A DNA stretch of 64,000 nucleotides from Schizochytrium sp. TIO01. Lineage: Eukaryota; Protista; Bigyra: Labyrinthulomycetes. The stretch is taken from the NCBI GenBank assembly GCA_004764695.1, contig SMSO01000034.1, positions 4,402,001 through 4,466,000 of the forward strand, written 5' to 3'. The position numbers and the translations under genes were made by a program. The notes beneath the pieces were generated by a model that did no database searches, had not been told where the DNA came from, and worked only from the letters and a program-made list of their open reading frames with translations. This document shows positions 36,101 through 48,593 of the stretch, one piece after another. Each line of letters opens with the position of its first letter. Within the stretch, counting starts at the first letter, position 1.

Positions 36101-38537
36101 ATCCGCAAGAGCGATTAGGCGCATAGCTATGCAGAGGAAACGCGGAGTTTGGGTACCAAGATGTTGAAATCCATCTGGTTGTTTTTTTTACTTCTTCGAT
36201 TGTTCATGTTATATATTTACAAAAGTTAAAACTTAATAAAACAAACTACAAAAAAGTGAAAACAACCTCTGTGAAATCTGAATAGAAGCTGTCAGGCGTT
36301 CATTCATCTGAGTCACCGCAAGAGGTATCAAAGCTGGCACAGCACGAAATGGTCACTACTAGCACAAGACCAAGGGCCAATAGAAATGGCCGTCATTTGT
36401 TAGAGCCAAGATCCCTTCTTGCAACGGCCAGTCCCCCTTTCGCTGGATTATGAAAGGGCTTCAAGCTCCTTCAAGTTTCTTTCGAAGTTCGCACAACAAC
36501 TCTTCTAACTATCAGCCGCACTGATGCAATATAGAAGTAGTCTGTAGCTCTAGCGCTTTAATTGAAAACCAACTGATTTTTATGTAGGTCAATAGCAAAA
36601 ATGAATAGGCACTTGAGTACTAAAAAGCTGGAAAAAGAAGTTGCTTCGATCAAGTTTCTGAAAGGAACTTCTTTTCATGGAGGGCCTTCCTGGAGTTGGG
36701 TTTGGTATGTTCGCACCACCCTCTGCCCTCTATAGTTCCACGCACCTGCTTCCCGGTGCTAGCAGTCGCTATTTAGTTCTATGGGGAGGAGTTCAGTATT
36801 TCTTTGGGATTCATTCCTTCATTCTTTGAGATTATGGCGATGCCAGAAGAAACTTGTGTGAAGCTTCTTCGGCGGAGGAGGAAAGTCAATGGAAAGCTTC
36901 GCGTGCGCTCTTTGTTTTCAAGCGAAGTTGAGCTTTGGGTTACCATTGATCGATTATAAGCGATGAGCTTGCTTGTGATCGATCGCCTCACTTCTCTTCG
37001 CTTCTCCACACTCCGCTTTCGAAACTAAGACTTACGCGCTAAGTATGTCTAACTAACTACTCCTACTGCAACATCGCAACATCTTTGTTCATGCTTCTCT
37101 CGCTACGATTCCTTTTTCTTCTTTTCTTTTCAAATATTTATTTTAAAAAGTAAATTAAAAAGTAAAAAGAAAAAAAGTAAATCAAATCTTAAAACATAAA
37201 ACTTAAAACATTTAATTTTAAAATTTGCTTCCCAGACTTTTTAATGTTAAAAATTAACAGAAACATTAAGCGTGAATGGAAAAACGAGGGCCTGTATATA
37301 AAAGACAGGAAAGCCGGCGGCACGCGTCGATGCCGGCGAGGTTTTCGAGGTTCTCCCACTCCAAGCAGCCAGGATACCCAGAGCTCCTGCTCTGCAAAGC
37401 TGACGGAAAGCCGTGTGCACCCGAGTGCAGCCTCGCCCCGCCAGCTCAGCGCCAGGCACGCGAATCGCTGCGGTCTCTTGGCGGAATTGAAGCCACAGAA
37501 ATGCAAAATACCCTCACGTGCATGCATGCGACCTGCTGCACTTACTATAGCGCTACGATAGAGAGTCTTAGCAGCTCTATCGCCCGGTAGATGACTACTA
37601 CAGTCAGCCAACAAGAGACATAACGAAGATGTCTCTGGCCTGTGATTGTATGGCGCCGGAGCAATGGCAATAGGAAACAGGGCTCAAGAGGTTGAACTTG
37701 TGGTGGTGCTGGGCTCCACAGTGAGGCAAGTCATGGGGAAGGGGATGGGCACGAAGAACGTGAACTCGCAAAGGTCTGGCTCTGGCAAGTACAGCTAGTG
37801 GAGACTGTAGCGGTGTCGCGGCTACTGTATTTCATGGTTTTCGATTGATTGAAGACAAACTGCAGGAGCGATCTCGAGAGGGACTCAGCGAAGGCGTACC
37901 GCTTTGATTGAGAGTGATACGTAATGGGAATATTACAAGATGATGCCTTCGAAGGTTTTGAGGTTGGCTAGAGAAACCCTGGCGCTGCAAGAAATGACAA
38001 CCGAAAAGTTGAAACCATTGACGATTATTGTTACAGAATTGTGGCAGGACCGGGACCCCGCCTACTGGCTCCCAGGTTCGGCGAAGCTCGTGTCACCAAA
38101 CTGTGGCGATTTGAATTTGGCTGCCAGAAAGCACTGTTAGATGCAAAGCTGGCCTTGGAGAGCGCATAATGCCGAGTGCTAGAATCTGTAAAAACTAATT
38201 ACTTGCTCGAGTTTGAATTTCTGACAAGAAAGATAAAGGAACACCGAAGGCCAGGCCATCCACGAACCAGAAACGACAACATTGTCACAACAACAGAGGA
38301 CTAAGACTAGTTTTGGTAGGACAATACTACCATGCAATTCGGAGATACCAAAGAGGAAGGTAGTAGTAGTAGTAGTAGTGGTTCAGAAACAAGAAACAAG
38401 CCGTAGCAGTGGCAATAGTCGGTACCTAGTCAGAATTAGTAGAAATATATTGATTTACTTCGATTTATTCAACCAGAAAGCTCTACCAAAATTGATAGAA
38501 GCTCACGCCGTTCTGAACTAAACTCTTCTTAGTGATC

Positions 38538-39530
38538 TCAACGGACTGCGCGCTGACTTAGGCCTGGGAAAAGGCGCATCATTACAGTTTGTGAGAGTCT
38601 ACGAATTCCATATGCTTGACCTGCAAGAAGTACAACAAGCGCACCATAATCGCCTAAACCTAAATAATCACGCATTTTCGCAGCAATCCAAGATGTAATT
38701 GCTGCGTAAACAACATAAATTGCTCGAAAGGTATGATGCTGGATATAGTAAGCAGGAACTAGTCGCACCAAATAATCTGCCATGTAGGCATCGGCACCAA
38801 TGAGAATGCGGAGACGATTCGCCGCAACATCGTCTAGAATTATCATTGCAGCTTGGTCCGGTGTATGCAGACCAAGTTTGTCAAAAAGACTGATTGCGTT
38901 CTCACGTTCCATTTTGGCATAGTATCCAGCATTCTTCATAATGTTGGTACTTGTAAACCCAGGATGAACGCAGTGTACCTTGATTTGCGGGCAGTAGCGA
39001 GAACATTCCGCAGCGGTGGCTTCAGTCCATCCGCGTACGGCAAATTTAGCAGCATGATAAGCTGAATTGTCTTCATTTGAGTAGTAACCGTATACGGAGC
39101 ACATGGCAACTAAATGAGCATCCTTTTCTGCTTTAAGCAGTGGAAAGAAAATTCGTGAGCAATTCACCACTGAGTGAAAATCAATATCCAGTACACGATC
39201 GTACTGTTCCTTACTAGTCTCTTCAAATGTGCCCAAGCCTGCAATACCGGCATTATTGATTAGTACCGAAATACGTTTGTGCGCCTCGACGGCCTCATCT
39301 CGATACCGTTCTAATTCCTTGACATTCCGAACATCTAAGACATGCGTTGACACTGGGCACAGGTCTCCAATATCTTGGCGGGTTCTCTCGAGATCATCCG
39401 CATTGTAGTCAGCAAGTGCTAGACCTGCGCACCCATTCTTCGCTAAAAGTAAGGCCATGGACCTGCCCATTCCACTCGCTGCACCAGTGATTGCCACCAC
39501 ATGATTTTGATACTTTCCCTTAATACCCAT
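38538..39530 (-). CDS. Short-chain dehydrogenase/reductase, paralogue 1
   Basis: TGAASGMG, ADYN, LINNAG, YHAAK, HPGF. Confidence 0.95.
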   Translation of the reverse strand: MGIKGKYQNHVVAITGAASGMGRSMALLLAKNGCAGLALADYNADDLERTRQDIGDLCPVSTHVLDVRNVKELERYRDEAVEAHKRISVLINNAGIAGLGTFEETSKEQYDRVLDIDFHSVVNCSRIFFPLLKAEKDAHLVAMCSVYGYYSNEDNSAYHAAKFAVRGWTEATAAECSRYCPQIKVHCVHPGFTSTNIMKNAGYYAKMERENAISLFDKLGLHTPDQAAMIILDDVAANRLRILIGADAYMADYLVRLVPAYYIQHHTFRAIYVVYAAITSWIAAKMRDYLGLGDYGALVVLLAGQAYGIRRLSQTVMMRLFPGLSQRAVR

Positions 39531-40261
39531 GATTTCTTCGCTGATCGCTCTCTCGCACCCTCTTCTCCCCTCCTTCTATTGCTTTTTGCGGAATTGGCAA
39601 ATCTAGTTTTGCTTCTTCTACATTGTCATACCTAGTCATTTCCCAGATGTAGCTTCACAATCTGACTATTGATTATCTGGACCCACTTAGTGTAGGACTT
39701 GCGGGTGCATATCTTGACATCTTACGAGGACAGATCTTATCTTGCCCAAACAAGTTCAGAATCATAGCTAGAGACAAGATTAGCGACCAAGCCTCAAAGA
39801 CGCAATATCTGCTGCGACACAGACTTGCGCGAACACTGTTAGCCCAATAATATGGTTTTGGTTTGAGTAGGGGAAATCCCGCTTCAGGTAAGAATGACAC
39901 AATGTCAAGATAGCATGAATCTTCATAACTAGATAAATGAATGAATTGTGATGAACACTTCAATTATAATGGACCTTTAAAAGCATAACACAACTTACCT
40001 GGACTTTTCTTCACAAACGAAAAGAAAGTTGTCTTTGGTGGTGGTCGAAAAGTCATTATTGACTGTCGGGCTTGTTCTTTTAGACTTCTCCGCGAGATTG
40101 CAGCAACAACTATGTTGTCCATATTCGACGATAGATACTTTAAAGATATGTTAACTGTTGAATTGAGAGAGATACTTAGAATGTGCGAATTCAAGAAAAG
40201 GGTGCGCTCATGGTGAAATGGAAAGGGATTCATACTTTGGAGCAAAGATTCTTGATGCTCT

Positions 40262-41218
40262 TTACCCAATGAAAATACGAAGAATGCGACGAAGAACCAT
40301 ATATTGCGCAATAACAACAGCCACAAGACTTGTTGCCTCTCCGAGACGTAAATAGTCGCGAAGCTTTGCTGCGAGTGCGGAAGAAAGAGAGCAGTAGATG
40401 ACGCACAAATGCCCAAACCTTGGGTTAGTCAAGTACGTGCCGGGCAAAAGGCGGGCGAGGTAATCCAGCATGTACGCATCAGGACCTACGCGAATTCGGA
40501 ACTGGTTCCGTGCAACACCTTCAAGAATTGTGATAGCTGCTTGGTCTGCATCTGTAAGCCCGATCTGCTTGAACATTTCTAAGGCCTCCTCACGTGTAGC
40601 CTTACTGCTGATGTGGGCATTTTGCACAAGCTGAGTGCGAATAAATCCGGGATGGACAGAATGGACTTTTACCTGAGGACAATTTTGAATACATTCTGCA
40701 ACCAAAGTCTCATTAAACCCGCGGAGAGCAAATTTCGATGTATGATAGCTGGAGTTACCTGCCGATGCAAAATATCCATACATCGAACAGATGTTCACTA
40801 GATGAGATTCCTTCTCCCGCTTCAACAAAGGCAGGAAAATACGAGTCGAGTTCACAACAGCGCCGAAGTTAATATCCATAACTCTGTCGAACTCGTCCTT
40901 TGACTGATCTTCAAAGTCTCCAAGAGTTGCCACACCAGCGTTGTTAATGATCACTGACACGCGACCATGCTTGCGAATAGCGTCATCTCGAAAAGTCTCA
41001 AGGTCACGAACATTGCGAACATCGCATACAGTCGTGCTGACTGGACAAAGATCGCCGATTTCTTTGGCAGTCTCTTCAAGAGCCTTTGCATTAAAATCAG
41101 AAAGCGCAAGACCTCCGCATCCGTTCTTCGCAAGTTGCAACGCCAGCTCGCGTCCTATGCCTTGAGCAGCTCCAGTAATAGCCACGATATGATCTTTATA
41201 TTTTCCTTTGATACCCAT
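40262..41218 (-). CDS. Short-chain dehydrogenase/reductase, paralogue 2
   Basis: TGAAQGIG, SDFN, IINNAG, YHTSK, HPGF. Confidence 0.95.
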   Translation of the reverse strand: MGIKGKYKDHIVAITGAAQGIGRELALQLAKNGCGGLALSDFNAKALEETAKEIGDLCPVSTTVCDVRNVRDLETFRDDAIRKHGRVSVIINNAGVATLGDFEDQSKDEFDRVMDINFGAVVNSTRIFLPLLKREKESHLVNICSMYGYFASAGNSSYHTSKFALRGFNETLVAECIQNCPQVKVHSVHPGFIRTQLVQNAHISSKATREEALEMFKQIGLTDADQAAITILEGVARNQFRIRVGPDAYMLDYLARLLPGTYLTNPRFGHLCVIYCSLSSALAAKLRDYLRLGEATSLVAVVIAQYMVLRRILRIFIG

Positions 41219-42783
41219 CCTGTAGATACCTACGCTCGAATTCGCAATCTACAACCTCAAAGAATCTCTGCTCCACAAAGCTTGAAGTAGTACTATTAGA
41301 AGTACGGGGACTATTCTGTTCTTGTGTGATTCGGTTCTGCTGACGATATTATCTATCTTCATGTTTCCGCGGACGCTGGTTCTCATAAGTGCTAAGATAC
41401 CATCATAGTAAACCAAGTTCGTCAGGACACTCTCTCAATGTGCTCCTCGTTCCGTTTCTTTAGGCGACGTCTCTGGCCCGGTGTAGGACATGCTATCTAG
41501 ATCCAGACCGTGTTTACCGACCTGTCTCCTACTCCTAAAGCAGCCAGCCACCTATTGAGAGGTTTCGCTTAAAAATAAAAAAAAAGATACAGAAAACAGA
41601 AAAAAGATACTTTAAAAGTAGAATCTTAAACATTCTTTGATAAGATAGATACTCTTATCACGAAACAAACACAAGTCAGCTCAATGTTTGTTGCTATCAT
41701 AGCCTCTCCGCTAATGGAAAACAGAAATCCAGGTAGTTTTGAGAAACGCTCATTCAACCAGCATGATGATGGAGGCTTTGCTAGATGGCTTCGGAGTACG
41801 GCGATTTGAGACGAGGAAAGGAAGACGGACCCTCAAAAACTAATGGAACTTCGCTTTTACTTGCCCGGACGCTCCCTGGAAGCTGGTGGAGAATGACGAA
41901 AGGTTGTTCGATCGTGCTGCCTCCACTTTTGTACTTCTCTGGCTTGTCAAAGTGTGGGGAAGATTAAAAAGCAGAAGAATCATGATGAGAACGATGTAAT
42001 GCATGAAATGTAGAGAGATACATAAAGTGTACTACAAATAAGCTCCAAGGAAATAAATGGCTTAGCTTGGAACAACTTTGTCGTCCAAAGGGAGGCTCAA
42101 AAACTAGATCTGAGGTACGGAGCTTCTAGTTCTATGTTCATTTTCTAATGACGATGAAGATGAAACTAAGTTGGAATTGTCGAGAACTGCCAAACCCTCA
42201 ATAAATTTTCCGGGCCTGGGAAACTGTAATATTGGCTTTAATCCATATACCTACTTCTGCGGACGCTATTGCATGCGACGCATTCATTGTGAGCTTCGGA
42301 AAGAGGTGACAACATCTGCGACTTCATAGATTGAAAACTTTCAACCATGTTTTGAAGAAACACAACAACTATTCCCGAAACTTTCCAACGCAACTCGCCA
42401 CTGCCTTGCAATGTATAGTGTCTCGAAGAGCCACTTCAAGGACGCGTAGTCGTCTAGCTATCTCCTGCTTCCCGCTCGAAGGGTTTGCGAATGGTTTTCA
42501 TGCGACAAAAGTAGAAACATTCATTATTGCGCCACCCCTTGCTAAACTAAGGCACTGAAAGAGTAGTATCTCAAAGGCCTAGCTGTTCGTCCGATTTCGA
42601 GATCTTTCAATAGATTATCTACCGTCGAATCTATGTAAAGTCATAATGAATTTGAATGCTTTGTACAAAATACGAAAGGTTCCGTGGTTGCATCTATAGC
42701 GCTACAAACGGATATAAACTTGTCGGACTGAGCTTGGTTCTTCATAAGTTTTGAAAAACTGCAAACAAAGAGTAAATATAAGT

Positions 42784-43755
42784 TTACTTTGCGGAACTAA
42801 TGATGTATCGAAGTGTGCGCCGGAGAATCTTAAATTGGGCATATAATACTATTAGAAGGCAGGTCAAATCGCCAAGACGAATGTAGTCTCGAACCTTCGC
42901 TGCAACAGCTGATGTGATCCCGCAGTAACGTAAACAAATCTGGCGAAATTGCGAGTTCTTCAAGTATGTCTCAGGGAATAATCGCACGAGGTAATCAAGC
43001 ATGTACGCATCTGGGCCAACCCGTATCCGAAATCTGTTTGCAGCCACACCTTCCAGAATCGTTTTTGCTGCCTGCATGGACGTCGTAAGACCAACGCTAT
43101 CAAACCAACTCAGAGCTTCGTCCTTTGACATTTTGGCATAAACGGGGGCATTCTGAACGAGCGATGTGCGGATATACCCAGGATGTACCACGTGCATTTT
43201 GACTTGAGGGCTGCTCTTTTGGCAATCTACCTCAAGTGATTCAGTGAAGCCTCGTACTGCGAATTTGGATGCATGGTAAGAGATGGCGTTGCTATCCCCT
43301 GCAAAGTACCCATACATAGAGGAGATGTTCACAATGTGCGCATCTTTCTCACGCTTCATGATAGGGAAAAATGTCCGTGAGCAGTCAACGACTGCACCAT
43401 AGTTGATGTCTAAGATGCGATCGAATTGACCTTTCGTCTGCTCTTCAAAGCTACCAACAGAGGTAACACCAGCATTGTTGATCAGTACAGAGACGCGTCC
43501 ATGTTTGTATATTGTTTCATCTCGAAATCGCTCAATCTCAGCTGTGTCGCGGACATCCACCACACATGTAGAAACTGGACACAAGTCACCAATATCGGCG
43601 GCAGTTTTGTCTAGCTCTAGCTCATTATAGTCTGCCAGAGCAAGTCCAGCGCACCCATTCTTAGCGAGTAGAAGTGCCATGTCTCGGCCCATGCCTTGAG
43701 CCGCACCAGTTATCACCACAACATGGTCCTTATACTTCCCAGCCAGACCCATCAT
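42784..43755 (-). CDS. Short-chain dehydrogenase/reductase, paralogue 3
   Basis: TGAAQGMG, ADYN, LINNAG, NISS, YHASK, HPGY. Confidence 0.95.
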   Translation of the reverse strand: MMGLAGKYKDHVVVITGAAQGMGRDMALLLAKNGCAGLALADYNELELDKTAADIGDLCPVSTCVVDVRDTAEIERFRDETIYKHGRVSVLINNAGVTSVGSFEEQTKGQFDRILDINYGAVVDCSRTFFPIMKREKDAHIVNISSMYGYFAGDSNAISYHASKFAVRGFTESLEVDCQKSSPQVKMHVVHPGYIRTSLVQNAPVYAKMSKDEALSWFDSVGLTTSMQAAKTILEGVAANRFRIRVGPDAYMLDYLVRLFPETYLKNSQFRQICLRYCGITSAVAAKVRDYIRLGDLTCLLIVLYAQFKILRRTLRYIISSAK

Positions 43756-45334
43756 GAACCTATCCGCTCACCTCCACCTACTCCAGATAGGTTCTGTTTT
43801 AAGTTTGCAATCAATCGCCGATGAAATGCAGAGCAGGTACCGTACCTAGGCACTACCTACTGCTTCCTGCCTTCGATACGATCCATACCGATCGACGCTA
43901 CATCCGTCTAAACAACCGTTATAGTGGTGCCAATGCAGCGTCGACTCGGAGTCCTCCAATGTCAGGTGAAGGTTTGCTGAGTCTTTGCAAAGCAGTTGAC
44001 TTCGTCATGGCAGTTGTACGCTGCAAGCTGGGCAGCACGCGCGAAAGATCCATATCCGCCATGGTTCGCGGCAGGAAAGATTGCACTCGCGCAGAGGCGG
44101 GTTTCCTTCCGTTCGTAGAAAACCGTGACGAGTCAACCAGAATCGGAATCAGTCCCGCGGATAGCTGGCTGGCTGGCTGGCTAGCTAGCTAGCTAGCTCC
44201 TCCGTCGGCTCCAGCCTGTGCATCATCTTCGTCTTTGCGATCCTGCCGCTGCCCAAGCTCTTCGAGGGCTTGGATTTATTTCAAACGCCGCCGCCAAGAA
44301 TCCAAGGCGAGTTTTGAACTGCCCCAGGATACATCGAACTTAATTGATAACTTGCAGGGGCACAGATGATTGATTGCCAAGCCGCCCACCTCTCCGTGCC
44401 TCAGGCTGCCCGGACTGCCACGCTGGCGACGGCGCGCCGCGCCCTCGCCAGGACGTTGCGAGTCTGCGACAGGTTTGAGCGATCGAACGAAATATGAGAT
44501 CAATTATATGGGCCAATTTGGGATCCTCGCTTTGCTTTCTCTCGGCGAAATGCATTGGGCAGTTCTGAGTTCTCGGGGAATCCTTGGTTTCTCCGCCCTG
44601 CTGCAAATGTTCCCAGTTGACCAAAAAAATTGGACGACAAGAACTCTCTCTAATCGAGGATCTGTAAAACGAGGCACATCTTAAGACTGCAACGAACTGA
44701 GGAAGCGCTTGTACAAACGTATGTATATATACACATACACACATCACCCTCATGAACGACCTCGTGCTACGTTGAAAGGAGATGCCCGAGTGAGGCTGGG
44801 CAGTGCAGCTGCGCGCAAGCTAAACTGTTGAAGCCATGATGCACATTCATATCAACAGATCGTGATCTTTGAAAAAAGAAAATAGAAAAAAGTGTAAGAT
44901 CTAGTCAAGGGTGACTCCTCGTCTTGGCAATGTGCACTTCTTCCTTCAAGTTAGTACGGAACTAGGAAGTCCTAATGGTTACCTACTATTTAGTGATTGA
45001 TACAGTTGTTCTATTTTGGAGCTGAGAACTTTGAGATGATCTCGATTCTTGTCTTCACTCAAATGCGATGCCGAAGCGCAATGCCATAGCGATTTCCCAA
45101 AGAAACTAGCCACCAATCGGTGTTCTGGTTCTGGTTTGAAGAAGATAATTTAGTGAGATTAAGATTAAGATTGAGATTGAGCAGCCACAGCAGCTAAAGC
45201 AACTAAAGGCGCTAAAGGCTATGATTGCAGCGACTACGGAAACCCGTGGAATGCACGATCATCAACTTCGAGCGTGCTGTCGAAGTTGAGGGTCGTGCTG
45301 TCGAAGGCGCCAGAAAGCGGAAACGCGGCGAGTT

Positions 45335-45400
45335 TGCTTGCTTACTTGCTTATTTGGTTGCTTGGTTGCTTGGTTGCTTGCTTACTTACTTACTTACTTA
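45335..45400. repeat. (TTGC/TTGG/TTAC)n microsatellite overlapping the SDR4 stop codon
   Basis: Directly visible. The TAA stop is the first unit of (TAAG)n on the minus strand. Confidence 0.8.
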
Positions 45401-46354
45401 CAGGCGGCCAGTGAGCGTGCCGACGAGTTTGCGCAGAATGAGGAGCTGGGTAGAAACCACGACAGCAACGCTGGCAGCCTCGCCAAGACCGAGCTTGTCG
45501 CGCAAGAGCGCTGCCGCGTAAGCACTCGTGGTGCAGTACGCGTAGCTCGCCTTGTGAAAGGTGGGGTTGGTGAGGTAGGTGCCGGGCAGGAGGCGCGGGA
45601 GGTAGTCGAGCATGTAGGAGTCCGGGCCAACGCGAATGCGGAACTGGTTCGAGGCGACGGCGCTGAGGATCGTGCGCGAAGCTTGGTCAGAGTTGGTGAG
45701 ACCGATCTCCTTGAACCACTCGAGGGCCTCGTCGCGGGTCATCTTAGAGAGGAGCGAGGCGTTGTTCATGAGCGTGGTGCGCACGTAACCGGGGTGGACG
45801 CAGTGCACCTTGACCTGAGGACAGTTCTGGCTAAACTCGACAGCCATGGCCTCTGTCCAGCCGCGCACAGCAAACTTGGATGCGTGGTAGCTCGAGTCGT
45901 CGGCGCTGACGTAGTAGCCGTACATGGAGGAGATGTTGACGAGGTGGGCCTCCTTCTCCTTCTTGAGCACAGGCAAGAAGACGCGCGAGCAGTCCACGAC
46001 GGCAACAAAGTTGATGTCGATGACACGGTCGAACTGCTCTTTGGACTGCTCTTCAAAGGGTCCCAGAGAGATGACACCTGCGTTGTTGATGAGGACGGAT
46101 ACGCGGCCGTGCTTCTCAACGGCCTCGTCGCGGTAGCGCTCGAGGTCCTCGAGGTTGCGCACATCTAGCACGTGCGTGGAGACTGTGCATTTGTCGCCGA
46201 TGTCTTTGGCAGTCTTGGCCAATTCCTCGCCGTTGAAGTCTGCCAGGGCGAGGCCCTTGCAGCCCCACTTCGCCAGCGTGAGGGCCAGGTCGCGGCCAAT
46301 TCCTTGGGCAGCGCCAGTGATGGCAATCACATCGTTCTTGAACTTGGTCACCAT
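45398..46354 (-). CDS. Short-chain dehydrogenase/reductase, paralogue 4 (GC3-rich copy)
   Basis: TGAAQGIG, ADFN, LINNAG, NISS, YHASK, HPGY. Strongly C/G-ending codons. Confidence 0.95.
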   Translation of the reverse strand: MVTKFKNDVIAITGAAQGIGRDLALTLAKWGCKGLALADFNGEELAKTAKDIGDKCTVSTHVLDVRNLEDLERYRDEAVEKHGRVSVLINNAGVISLGPFEEQSKEQFDRVIDINFVAVVDCSRVFLPVLKKEKEAHLVNISSMYGYYVSADDSSYHASKFAVRGWTEAMAVEFSQNCPQVKVHCVHPGYVRTTLMNNASLLSKMTRDEALEWFKEIGLTNSDQASRTILSAVASNQFRIRVGPDSYMLDYLPRLLPGTYLTNPTFHKASYAYCTTSAYAAALLRDKLGLGEAASVAVVVSTQLLILRKLVGTLTGRL

Positions 46355-46750
46355 CTTGCTTTCAAGCTCGCTCCGCTCGTTGAATGACTCACTCGCTCTT
46401 GGCCTCGACTTCTTTTGCGTTCTCAGACGATTCGGGTTTGCTGGAGGTCGCGCTCTGCCCTGACTTCTGCTGCTGCTGCTTCCCTACGAGTTCGCCTAAG
46501 ACTGCTACGCCCTCACGAGCGATCAGGCAGAGACTGCAGAGACCCACCAACGAAGGATCGTTCTCTGCCTCTGAGCGCCCCTGAATCGTGGCTCTTTCGG
46601 GCCCTCTTTCGGGCTCTGGGAATGGTTCTCGCACCCGCCCATTCCGGCGTTCTTCGCGACCTCCTTGCGAGCGAGCGAAGTCCGCCTCGACGAAAGCTGG
46701 CGCCACTGAGAATTGCTCCGCGGTTCGCAACCAATGTGATGTGACAGAAA

Positions 46751-46829
46751 TCAACTTCGACTTCAGAAGATCAAGCTCGACTTCTGAAGATCAAGCTCGA
46801 CTTCTGAAGATCAAGCTCGACTTCTGAAG
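46751..46829. repeat. 20-bp tandem repeat TCAAGCTCGACTTCTGAAGA x about 4
   Basis: Three near-perfect units plus one diverged unit. Confidence 0.9.
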
Positions 46830-48593
46830 CCAACTCTGAGGCCGGCGAAACTGCAGTCTTCGCAGAGCCCCTCAGGTTACCTAGCTCCCGTGACAACAAA
46901 TAACTAACTCGCGACGATTTCGTAGGTTCGTTCGCAGTGATTATTATTGGTATCGTCGCGAGATCGAGGAGCGTATGTCGCGGGCACTGAAACAAATAAA
47001 GTTCAAGCTTCTTCTTCTTCATCTTCTTCTTCGTTCTTCTTCACCTCTTTGGGCCTTCGTTTCGTTTGGTCCTTCAGTCAGTCAGTCGTCGATTGAGCTG
47101 ATTGATTGAGTATGCGACGCTTAGTTAGTAAATTAGTTCGATCGTTCGTATTTTCTTTCTTTTGTTGGGTCTGCTTTGCTCCTGAGAAAGAACCGAAACG
47201 AAGAACTCAAGAAAACCTATAAACTGTTGGGAGGAAGAAGCCCCTCAAATCGACGAGAGGCCTTTGTTGGAGAGCCTGTCTTCGAAGGCCGAGTGGACGG
47301 GCGATCGCTGCGACGATACAATTGCCTCAGCCTGAGCAACCGGTCGGGCCTGATTTGTTTTGATGTTTCCATGCGAGTGAGCGAGCGAGTGAGTTTTGAG
47401 TTCCTACTTGTGACCTTTTTTGGAGTGATTTCGAGCTTTACTTAAAACTTTGTTTTCCTTCCTTGAAAGAAAGAAGAAAAAAAAGGTCGATCGACGCGGA
47501 AGATTGATTGATCTTTAATGAACCTGAAGTTTTCCGACCAGCCTTGTCGGGTTTGGAAAGGATACGAAAAGAACAGGTGCACGCTGGAGGGCGAAGAACT
47601 TTTGTGCGCGAACATCCGCCTCGTTGGGCCAAGCCTGGCGACACCGAGGTTTGCGTTTGTATCTCCAAGAAACACTGCTATCTCGTGTTTTTTTTTGTTT
47701 CTTTTCTTCTTTTTCTTGGTAGGTAGGTATATAGTAAGTAGTATTTCTCTGTATATTATTTTTATATTTTAATATCTTTTAATATTTACATCGTATTAAA
47801 AGTATGGGGGGAATAAAAAATTAAAAAAGCTTTTTAAAAGAAATTAGTTATAAAAAATTAAAAAATCAAAATCAAGATGATGAAAAGATAGAAAGAAGAA
47901 AAAAAAAATCTTCAAGGCGCTATCCACCCCACCATGTGAAGTTTCCTGACAAAGTCGAGTCCATCGATCGCCCCAATACGATGGATGCTCTCAGAGGACC
48001 ATGCCTGTGTCCTGACTATCAATCAGCCTAGGAAGGCCCAATCGCCATCCAGGACGCAGCTTGTAACATCGAAAACGCTCGATCTTCGAAGGACGATTCC
48101 GCCAAGATCATTCGCGGATGCTTCTGCAAAAAGCCTCATAAGCTAGGATATCCTCGAAGATACAGCACTTCTTTCTGCGGGTTCCCCGGCGCTTTGTTTT
48201 ATCTGTCAGGTATAAAAGTCATTCCTTGGAGTCTCTATCCTATCTCTGGTTCACGAAGACCCTCGAACGCAACGAAGATAACTGCATAGCTAAGTACGGT
48301 CCTCTTCGTGAAAACGAGGGCTATCCATCGAAGGCCCCTGCGTCGAGCTTGAGAGTTGAAGCCCTCTTTGAGAAGGTTTCGGTCTGGTCTGGCGGATCTT
48401 CCTTCCTTCATCCTTTCAAGTTGAAGAGGATAGGACTACGAAACTGCGAAGACTGTTGGATCTTGAAGGTGGAACTGGCAGAGCATCTTGAAAGCGGATT
48501 CAAAAGGCGAGTTAGCGTTGAGTTGAAAAGATCGCTCGTGACTCGGGAGATTCGTAAATTGCACAAAGCTCGAAGTCCACGGCAAAGTTTAAG

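Noticed and set aside
39673-40416. Two in-frame ORFs separated by a single TAA between SDR1 and SDR2
   Set aside because: Partly overlaps SDR2 out of frame and has no recognisable motifs. No support for readthrough.
45338-46168. 276-aa antisense ORF over SDR copy 4
   Set aside because: An expected by-product of high GC3 on the sense strand. It starts in a microsatellite and is absent from the three paralogues.
46751-46829. CRISPR-like repeat
   Set aside because: The units are head-to-tail with no spacers, and there are no cas genes.
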